A stretch of DNA of 37,402 nucleotides from a virus (Duplodnaviria > Caudoviricetes): the IMG/VR virus record IMGVR_UViG_3300019872_000009, positions 1 to 37,402 of that record; one strand, written 5' to 3'. A program made the position numbers and the translations under genes. The notes beneath the pieces were generated by a model. It worked only from the letters and a program-made list of their open reading frames with translations, did no database searches and was not told the origin of the DNA. Shown one piece after another: positions 9,308 to 16,279 of the stretch. Positions within the stretch are counted from its first letter, which is position 1; the number at the start of each line of letters is the position of its first letter.

Positions 9308-10044
9308 ATTACACTCCTACTTCCGGAAAGGCTGAGCTTCATGTAACCTACCGCTGCAATCTTCAGTGTGTTAATTGCAATCGCGCATCCATGCTGAGAG
9401 ATGAGCACACACCAGACATGACGCTCGAAGATGTCGCTGAATTCTTTCGTCAAGCTGAAGCGTTAAACTGGAAACCGGACATTCTGTTGATTGGTGGTGA
9501 GCCGACAATGCACCCACAATTTGAGGATATTTTAAGAATGAGTCGTCAGTTTGTTAAAGACGGATTAGTCCAAGTTTGGACAAACGGAAGAGATCGTGAT
9601 CTTGTAGAATACATTCGTGCTGTCTATCACGCATCAGTGCCAGAAGAAACCTTTAAAGCAAAAAGCAGAACAGATTTTCCTTGGGATGATTACTACGTGT
9701 CTCCTGCTGACTACGGGATGGTTCGTGAAAAGTGCTGGCAGCATGGAAGTGGAATTTGCGGAATCTCAGTTGATAGCCAAGGCTACATGCCGTGTGCTGT
9801 AGGTGGAATGTTGGATGGTATGCTGAAGATGGGCCTGCGCACAAAAGTCCTCGCGGATTTATTTGATAATGAAAAGAACGCTGAGATTACAAAGAGAATG
9901 TGTCAGCATTGCGGAGCCTGCCTGAGTCAATTGTTATTAGGCGAGGAGCTGGTGAATTGGAGAAAGTATGTGGAGATGCAACCTAAGAAGTTCGGTGCAA
10001 GGATGTCTCCTAAATGGATGGAAGCGACAATTGGAATGAAATGA
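9304..10044 (+). CDS. Radical SAM protein with Cys-rich SPASM/twitch-like C-terminus
   Basis: Start reassigned to the ATG at 9304. CNLQCVNC (CxxxCxxC), GGEPTMHP, VWTNG, and C-terminal C...ICG...GYMPC...CQHC. Confidence 0.9.
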   Translation: MNYTPTSGKAELHVTYRCNLQCVNCNRASMLRDEHTPDMTLEDVAEFFRQAEALNWKPDILLIGGEPTMHPQFEDILRMSRQFVKDGLVQVWTNGRDRDLVEYIRAVYHASVPEETFKAKSRTDFPWDDYYVSPADYGMVREKCWQHGSGICGISVDSQGYMPCAVGGMLDGMLKMGLRTKVLADLFDNEKNAEITKRMCQHCGACLSQLLLGEELVNWRKYVEMQPKKFGARMSPKWMEATIGMK

Positions 10045-10388
10045 AAATAAGCACACAAGAAGTTGGGTCGTTTTGGGAGTTTGTCTTCCATTGTCCGGGG
10101 TGTGGAAACTCACATGGATTTAAGACTTCATCGTGGCCGATGCCTGAAGGTTTGAATGAGCACATGCAGGGAAGGTTTAGGGGTAATAACTGGACTTGGA
10201 ATGGTGATTTTGAAAAGCCGACAGTAGCTCCATCTCTTAATGTTCAAAGGGAGATTGGGAAAAACGAGAAAGGGGAGCCTTTGTATGAAACGAAATGTCA
10301 CTCATTTGTCGAAGATGGGAATATCAGGTTCCTTGGTGACTGTAAACATGAATTAGTAAATCAAACAATACCACTCGAAGTTTTTTAA
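10041..10388 (+). CDS. DUF6527-like Cys/His-rich protein
   Basis: Start at ATG 10041. FHCPGCG..H, WTWNGD.EKPT..PS and CHSFV.DG.I.FL.DC.H.L motifs. Confidence 0.7.
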   Translation: MKISTQEVGSFWEFVFHCPGCGNSHGFKTSSWPMPEGLNEHMQGRFRGNNWTWNGDFEKPTVAPSLNVQREIGKNEKGEPLYETKCHSFVEDGNIRFLGDCKHELVNQTIPLEVF

Positions 10389-10390
10389 TT

Positions 10391-11143
10391 ATGAAAAGTA
10401 ACCTTACGATTTTAATACCAACATCTCCGATACCTTCACACCCATCAACAGCCATTCTTGATGAGACAATCGCCAACATTCGTCAGTACACCGATGCTGA
10501 AATTATAATAATGTTCGATGGTGTTCATTCATCTCTCGCTCACCGGGCTGAAGATTACAATGAATACAAAGAAGCTGTCCGTAGAAAGAAGCACGAATAC
10601 GGATGGTGCAACATGGCTGAATTTCCTGACCATCAGCACCAGGCGAATATGACTAGGAGAACTTTGGATTTTGTAAAGACTCCGCTGGTTATGTTTTGTG
10701 AGCACGATACAAGTCCTATTGGTGAAATACCTTGGGATGACTTGTGTTTTTTGGTTCAGCATAGTCCGTTAGTTGATTCTCTTAGGTTTAATATTTTCGA
10801 TAGAATTCTTGATGAACATAAACACCTAATGCTGAATGACCCAACTAAGGCTTGGGTGAATTTTGATGACAGGTTGGTATCAGCCGTGACCGTTAGGACA
10901 ATTCAATACTCTCAACGGCCAGCGATTTCAAAAACGGATTGGTATCGTTCGATGCTGGCTAAATATTTTAAGGGTAATCAGAAGGTAATGATTGAGGATG
11001 TTATGCACTCCGTTGTTCAAGAGTCCTACAAGCATAAACGTGAAGATTTTTTTAATATTCATATCTACACACCAGAAGGAAATCAACTCAGGAGCTACCA
11101 CTCAGACGGTCGTGGGGCAGACACTAAAATTATTGACGGATGA
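10391..11143 (+). CDS. Putative GT-A fold glycosyltransferase
   Basis: LTILIPT N-terminal strand, IIIMFDG, VKTPLVMFCEHD (DxD-like) and C-terminal YHSDGR. Confidence 0.7.
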   Translation: MKSNLTILIPTSPIPSHPSTAILDETIANIRQYTDAEIIIMFDGVHSSLAHRAEDYNEYKEAVRRKKHEYGWCNMAEFPDHQHQANMTRRTLDFVKTPLVMFCEHDTSPIGEIPWDDLCFLVQHSPLVDSLRFNIFDRILDEHKHLMLNDPTKAWVNFDDRLVSAVTVRTIQYSQRPAISKTDWYRSMLAKYFKGNQKVMIEDVMHSVVQESYKHKREDFFNIHIYTPEGNQLRSYHSDGRGADTKIIDG

Positions 11144-11436
11144 AAAAGTATGATAAGGTATTAGTTGGTGGTGATCAATGTGGTTACGTCATCAGATCAT
11201 TTAAAGCGTGGGGTAGGTGTTTGGTGAGGCTCCATAATGGAGGGTATAAAATGTATCTTGTTGATAATGTCATGCCTGTTGCTCAATTTATTGAGGGAAC
11301 AGATAGGGTTCTTGATGGATGTGGGTATTCAAATTCCGCGAGGCGATTGGTCGAAATTAGGATTATGGTAAGAGGTTTTATTGCTATGCCTGATGCGTGG
11401 GAACAGCGGGAGGGTAAAATGATATTTAACTTATGA
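11140..11436 (+). CDS. Hypothetical protein
   Basis: 98-aa ORF with ATGA overlaps on both sides. Confidence 0.55.
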   Translation: MKKYDKVLVGGDQCGYVIRSFKAWGRCLVRLHNGGYKMYLVDNVMPVAQFIEGTDRVLDGCGYSNSARRLVEIRIMVRGFIAMPDAWEQREGKMIFNL

Positions 11437-12473
11437 GAATAGGATTAATAGCAAGAGCTGACTCAACTGGTTTGGGTGTTCAGTCAAAAGAATTCTTCGA
11501 TCATGTTCCCAACTGTAAGGCTCTGGTTATTGATTCAAGTCGCCTGCCTGGCGCAATCCCACACGGAATACATTTCTCAGATTACAGTAAGTATCCTAAT
11601 CAGCAGCAACACTCCATGCGCCCCGGACATGGCATGAGGGGTGCTATCCCTTACTCTGTGATAGAGGAGTTCATCAGCGATGTGGATATTGTATTTGCAA
11701 TGGAAACGCCTTATGATTTTAATATTTTTGATTTATGTCAGCAGCGTGGTGTCAAAACCATTCTCCAATACAATTATGAATTTCTTGATTACCCTTCGAC
11801 TCTACCTTACCCTGATTTATTTGCAGCCCCTAGCATGTGGAACTATGATCATGTACCGGGTAATAAGGTATTCTTACCTGTTCCTGTAAACACCGATAAG
11901 TTCAAACCCGGAAAGGAAAAGAATTTTTTCATTCACAACGTTGGCAGGCCAGCGATCCATGACCGTAACGGAACGATGACGGTTTTGAATTCACTCAGGT
12001 TTGTGGAGAATAAAATCACGGTGGCCTTACATAGCCAGCAGCCAATACCGATTCCTGTAGCTCCTCCCGAAAACGTTAATCTGTTGCCTGATTTTGGAAA
12101 CACTCCGAATTACTATGATAACTACTCCGGTGGTGTGTTAATCTTGCCGAGGAAGTATGGTGGTCTGTCATTACCGATGAATGAAGCTCTCGCTGCTGAG
12201 ATGCCGATAATAGCAAGCAACATCTCTCCAAACAATTTATGGCTTCCTAAAGAATGGCTTGTTGACACATTCCATTGCGGGGTTCTCCGAAGTAAAAAGA
12301 CTCTTGATTATTTTGAGTGCTACCACGAACAGTTGGCAGCTAAGATCGATCAGTTCTGCGATCCTGTATTTTACGAGATCGCTGTTGAAAAAGCAAAACA
12401 ATTAAAAGAAACAATATCATGGAAAACTCTTCTCCCGAAGTACATGGAGACATTCGAAAATCTCCTGAAGTAA
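11433..12473 (+). CDS. GT-B glycosyltransferase (GT4-like)
   Basis: MRIGLI...TGLG, PVPVNTDKF and LILPRKYGGLSLPMNEALAAEMPIIASN, with terminal SWK. Confidence 0.85.
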   Translation: MRIGLIARADSTGLGVQSKEFFDHVPNCKALVIDSSRLPGAIPHGIHFSDYSKYPNQQQHSMRPGHGMRGAIPYSVIEEFISDVDIVFAMETPYDFNIFDLCQQRGVKTILQYNYEFLDYPSTLPYPDLFAAPSMWNYDHVPGNKVFLPVPVNTDKFKPGKEKNFFIHNVGRPAIHDRNGTMTVLNSLRFVENKITVALHSQQPIPIPVAPPENVNLLPDFGNTPNYYDNYSGGVLILPRKYGGLSLPMNEALAAEMPIIASNISPNNLWLPKEWLVDTFHCGVLRSKKTLDYFECYHEQLAAKIDQFCDPVFYEIAVEKAKQLKETISWKTLLPKYMETFENLLK

Positions 12474-13228
12474 AACTTGCTGCGATTTACAACGTGTGGG
12501 ACGGGGTTGAGCTGCTAGTTGGCTCAATGAGGTCTGTAAAAGACAATGTTGATTTATTCATCATTGTTTATCAGGATGTTTCAAACTTCGGTGAGCAATT
12601 CAATCCAATGGCGAACCTTCCGTTGGAGCAGATGGACGAAGAGTTTAAAATAATCTGGATCAAGTACGAACCTGCCATGATGGGAATGCTTGATGAAAAG
12701 CAAAAAAGAAATTTTGGAATCAACGCTGCAAGAGAACATGGATGCACGTACTTCATTGCAATGGACTGTGATGAGTATTATCTGGCTGGCGATTTTGAAA
12801 GAGGAAAGAAGTTATTTTTAGAATCAGGTTGCGAGGGGTCTGTTGTTACTCTTTACAGTTACTTTGGTGAGGCTACGCTTCGCCAGGAAAACAGGGATAG
12901 TTACTACGTGCCATTTATTCACAAGCTGGATGCGCACACGGTTACTGGCGCTCCGGTGTATCCGTATTATGTTGATCCTACACGTAAAATAAACTGTGCT
13001 TCAGTTAAGCTGTTACCTATAGATATGCACCATTACACATGGGTTCGGAAGGACATCGAGCTGAAGGCCCGTAACTCATCAGCAAAACGAAACATCGAAA
13101 GAGCGGGGCTTTTAAAGGACTACTACACCGCAAAAGAGGGTGCTGTTGTGAATGGAGGCAATCGGTTAATAAAAGTTCCTGACTACTTTGGAATTACCGA
13201 AATGATTGATACATTCGAGTCCGTTTAA
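12419..13228 (+). CDS. GT-A glycosyltransferase (Glyco_tranf_2_4-like); start uncertain
   Basis: KLAAIYNVWDG.ELL..S, EKQKRNFG, YFIAMDCDEYY (DxD) and MHHYTWVR. Confidence 0.75.
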   Translation: MENSSPEVHGDIRKSPEVKLAAIYNVWDGVELLVGSMRSVKDNVDLFIIVYQDVSNFGEQFNPMANLPLEQMDEEFKIIWIKYEPAMMGMLDEKQKRNFGINAAREHGCTYFIAMDCDEYYLAGDFERGKKLFLESGCEGSVVTLYSYFGEATLRQENRDSYYVPFIHKLDAHTVTGAPVYPYYVDPTRKINCASVKLLPIDMHHYTWVRKDIELKARNSSAKRNIERAGLLKDYYTAKEGAVVNGGNRLIKVPDYFGITEMIDTFESV

Positions 13229-13250
13229 AGATTTTGGTTAAGGAAAGGGG

Positions 13251-13287
13251 AAGAACCTCACTGACTTGCTCGGTGGGGTTTCTTTTT
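13251..13287 (+). terminator. Rho-independent terminator ending the glycosyltransferase operon
   Basis: AAGAACCTCACTGA-cttgc-TCGGTGGGGTTTCTT hairpin with G:U pairs, followed by a T tract. Confidence 0.7.
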
Positions 13288-13300
13288 GTAATTTAGTTTT

Positions 13301-13591
13301 ATGAAACGCCAATATTTATTCTCTATCGGATTGATCGTAGCGATTTTTGCGATGGCTATCGTTCCTGAAGAAACGATGGGTAAAGAACTGAATGTTAAGG
13401 CGGCTTACTCTGTCGTTGTTGATAATAACGTGCAGGCTGTTACTTTGGATGAGGGCGCTCTTGTAGCGTTTCCATCGTTCGATTACATTATGGAAATTTC
13501 CGGGGAGGAAGTTCCTGAGTGGTCAGACACTCTTGTGATCGGTGATGAAGTCCGGGTAGTGGTTAGAGTTTATAGGCCACCGAAAGAATAA
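13301..13591 (+). CDS. Stand-alone exported or membrane-anchored hypothetical protein
   Basis: N-terminal MKRQYLFSIGLIVAIFAMA signal/TM segment, with terminators on both sides. Confidence 0.65.
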   Translation: MKRQYLFSIGLIVAIFAMAIVPEETMGKELNVKAAYSVVVDNNVQAVTLDEGALVAFPSFDYIMEISGEEVPEWSDTLVIGDEVRVVVRVYRPPKE

Positions 13592-13604
13592 TTTCAGAAT
13601 CTTC

Positions 13605-13638
13605 AGAAAGACCCGATATGAACTATCGGGTTTTTTTT
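13605..13638 (+). terminator. Rho-independent terminator
   Basis: ACCCGATA-tgaac-TATCGGGT stem-loop followed by a T run. Confidence 0.8.
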
Positions 13639-13684
13639 ATAGCATCGTTTGTCGACAAACAGGCATAAAAATGTCGACAAAATT
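13639..13684. promoter_or_regulatory. 46-bp operator, copy 1 (two TGTCGACA palindromes), upstream of the tail operon
   Basis: ATAGCATCGTTTGTCGACAAACAGGCATAAAAATGTCGACAAAATT, identical to 27698..27743. Confidence 0.8.
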
Positions 13685-13745
13685 GTAAAACCGAGCTAGT
13701 TCATGCAATATTCGCTTCAGATAAGAAAAACTCAAAAATCAAGCG

Positions 13746-15269
13746 ATGAATACAGCAGCAGCAGTAAGCCTCGACCGGGTATCAAGAGTAGTTGGTTACT
13801 CGGTTAAGAAGGGGGATTTCGCGGCACAGAGCCCAAACCTGCCACAAAGAATTGCAATTTTCGCTGAAGTTAATCACGCAAACCAATCTGGTTTAGATAC
13901 TGATCCAACCGAAATCACTTCACTGCGTCAAGCAGGTCAGTTGTATGGTTACGGATCACCAATTTATAACATCATGCGCATTCTTCGTCCTCGCACAAGC
14001 GATGGCGTTGGTGCGATTCCTACAATTGTATTTCCTCAAGCAGCAGCCGTTGGCGCAGCAGCAAAAATGCTTGCTATTGTTCCCACCGGAACAGCAAACG
14101 CAAACGGTACTCATAATGTAATCATCGCTGGTCGTGATAATGTTGATGGAGAGAGCTACGCAATTAACATTGCAAGTGGTGACTCTGCTGCAACTATCGT
14201 TGGGAAAATTGTTGACGCTATTAATAATGTTCTTGGTAGCCCGGTTGATGCGGCTAACTGGACATACGAAGCAGTTCTTACTTCTAAGTGGAGAGGGTTA
14301 ACTGCGAATGATATTACCGTTCGTATTGATACTAACGACAACGCTCTTGGTATTACTTACGTGATCAACGGAATCCAGAATGGTTCTGGAACTCCTGATC
14401 TTGGTGCTTCTCTTTTGAAGGTTGGTAACGTTTGGTACACAATCGTAATCAACGCATACGGACTTATCGCAAGTGCGATGAATGCGTTCCAGGATTTCAA
14501 TGGAATCCCTGATCCAGAAATTCCTACTGGAAGATATGCAGGTATTGTGTTCAAGCCGTTTGTAGCCCTGAGTGGCTACTGTGGTAATGATCCATCTGCG
14601 ATCACAGACGCTAGGCTGAACGATGTGACAATTGTAGCTTGCGTTGCTCCAAACAGTGAAGGATTGCCAATGGAAGCTGCCGCTAACTACGGTGTTCTGT
14701 TTGCTGTCGTTGCTCAGAATTTCCCTGAACTTGACATCGCTGGAAAGTCTCTGCCTGATATGCCGATCCCTGCCGATAGCGATATTGGTTCGATGGCTGA
14801 TTATAACAATCGTGACATTATTGTCAAGAAAGGAAGTTCTACCGTTGAGCTTGTCGCTGGTAAATACCAGGTTCAGGACTTCGTAGCAACTTATCATAAG
14901 CTCGGTGAAGAGCCGCCACAATTCCGTTATGTACGCAATCTGAATTTAGATTGGAATGTCCGTTATGGATATTTCCTGCTCGAACAGATCAACGTCCTTG
15001 ATCATGCAATCGCGGAAGATGATGATGTAGTGAATGTAACGAAGGTTGTGAAGCCTAAGATGTGGAAGAGCGTTCTTGACGACTATGCGACAAGTCTCGC
15101 AAGTAGAGCATTGATTGTTGAGCCTGTGTTTATGCAGCAAAGCATTCAGGTTGGTATTGGTACAACAAACCCTGATCGTTTCGAAACCACGTTCCGCTAC
15201 AAGCGTTCTGGATTCGTTCGTGTTGCAGCTACGGTTGCAGAGGCGGGGTTTAATTTTGGAAGCGTCTAA
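13746..15269 (+). CDS. Contractile tail sheath protein (Mu gpL-like)
   Basis: 507 aa. LPQRIAIF, AGQLYGYGSPI, LTSKWRGLTAN and IIVKKGSST...DFVATYH segments, followed by a small tube gene and the tape measure gene. Confidence 0.85.
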   Translation: MNTAAAVSLDRVSRVVGYSVKKGDFAAQSPNLPQRIAIFAEVNHANQSGLDTDPTEITSLRQAGQLYGYGSPIYNIMRILRPRTSDGVGAIPTIVFPQAAAVGAAAKMLAIVPTGTANANGTHNVIIAGRDNVDGESYAINIASGDSAATIVGKIVDAINNVLGSPVDAANWTYEAVLTSKWRGLTANDITVRIDTNDNALGITYVINGIQNGSGTPDLGASLLKVGNVWYTIVINAYGLIASAMNAFQDFNGIPDPEIPTGRYAGIVFKPFVALSGYCGNDPSAITDARLNDVTIVACVAPNSEGLPMEAAANYGVLFAVVAQNFPELDIAGKSLPDMPIPADSDIGSMADYNNRDIIVKKGSSTVELVAGKYQVQDFVATYHKLGEEPPQFRYVRNLNLDWNVRYGYFLLEQINVLDHAIAEDDDVVNVTKVVKPKMWKSVLDDYATSLASRALIVEPVFMQQSIQVGIGTTNPDRFETTFRYKRSGFVRVAATVAEAGFNFGSV

Positions 15270-15286
15270 CTTAAATTTGTAATATA

Positions 15287-15697
15287 ATGCCAGCAATAGG
15301 TGGTGATATTCTTGAGGTAAGCTGTAATCATGCAACACTTGGTTCAGTTATCTTCTATCCAAAAGCCGGAGAAGATTCTACCATTGATCCAGGCGGGTTT
15401 CGTTCAAGTGACGAGGCCAACATGATCGATGGTGGTGGGAATATGATCGACCAAATGAATCGTAATCGCTGGTCGGTAGAGACTGTGTTGTCCCATGACA
15501 CAGTTACGAAGCAAGACCTCGACAAACTTGATCAATTAGCTTCATCTCCTGTATTGGGAGTTTGGACTGTAACTCATATCAGTGGCACAGTGTATCGCGG
15601 AACCGGGAAGCCTGTTGGTGATGTGAAGTCTAATTTGAACGAAGCAACCATCCAGTTGAAGTTATCTGGTGGTGGGAAGCTCAAGAAAATAGTTTAG
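15287..15697 (+). CDS. Tail tube protein
   Basis: 136-aa beta-rich protein immediately after the sheath gene, containing VTHISGTVYRG. Confidence 0.75.
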   Translation: MPAIGGDILEVSCNHATLGSVIFYPKAGEDSTIDPGGFRSSDEANMIDGGGNMIDQMNRNRWSVETVLSHDTVTKQDLDKLDQLASSPVLGVWTVTHISGTVYRGTGKPVGDVKSNLNEATIQLKLSGGGKLKKIV

Positions 15698-15707
15698 TAT
15701 ATCATAT

Positions 15708-16109
15708 ATGTCAAACAAAGTTGAAAGGTCGGTAGCCGAACTGGAAGTCACAGATTGGCTCGACAAGAAGAAAGTATCAGCATCAGTTCGTGAATCAAAC
15801 AAGGATAGCGTTGAGTTGTTAATTGATTGTATCTGCGATGGTGAGTTGGTGAAGGATGATAAAAACAATCTTGATTACACACTCAAGCACTCATTTGGTG
15901 ATGAGGAGAAGGTAACCAAGCTCACGTTCAAGCCTAGGTTAAACGATAAAATGCTGAAGCCTTACCTGAACGGTGTAAAAACAAATGATGCTGAAGGAAG
16001 ATTGCTGGCTTACATCTCAGCGTTGACGACAGTGCCGAGGGCGATCTTAGAAAATATGGATTCTGTGGATAAAAAAGTGGCGATGGCTGTTGTAATTTTT
16101 TTTCTATAG
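15708..16109 (+). CDS. Tail assembly chaperone (gpG-like)
   Basis: Lies between the tube and tape measure genes. Ends LENMDSVD...IFFL over a T8 slippery run. Confidence 0.8.
   Translation: MSNKVERSVAELEVTDWLDKKKVSASVRESNKDSVELLIDCICDGELVKDDKNNLDYTLKHSFGDEEKVTKLTFKPRLNDKMLKPYLNGVKTNDAEGRLLAYISALTTVPRAILENMDSVDKKVAMAVVIFFL
16096..16103 (+). promoter_or_regulatory. Programmed -1 ribosomal frameshift site (T TTT TTT)
   Basis: T8 run just before the chaperone stop. The -1 frame stays open to TAA at 16277-16279. Confidence 0.8.
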
Positions 16110-16279
16110 ACGAAACAAGCATCCGCAACATGATGATAACTGTTGCAAGAGAATTCAAATGGTCACCGGGTATTCTTGGTGACCTTTTTTTTGATGAAGA
16201 GGATCAGGACGGGTTGATGTTTTGGTACAACGATGTTCTTGAGATGAAAAAGCAGATGGATAGCAAAAGGAAAATATAA
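16103..16279 (+). CDS. Frameshift extension of the tail chaperone (gpT/P2 gpE'-like), 58 aa; absent from the ORF track
   Basis: SIDETSIRNMMITVAREFKWSPGILGDLFFDEEDQDGLMFWYNDVLEMKKQMDSKRKI contains an A..F.WSP...W motif. Its stop abuts the tape measure ATG. Confidence 0.8.
   Translation, partial: SIDETSIRNMMITVAREFKWSPGILGDLFFDEEDQDGLMFWYNDVLEMKKQMDSKRKI

Noticed and set aside
3787-13228. Host capsule/LPS locus misassembled into the phage
   Set aside because: It is interleaved with typical phage genes (YopX, HNH, small ORFs), coupled by overlaps on the same strand, and lacks transport or polymerase genes.
14298-15338. Long minus-strand ORFs (207 aa and 130 aa) and similar antisense ORFs elsewhere
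   Set aside because: They lie opposite well-supported structural genes and have no recognisable motifs. They are codon-bias shadows.
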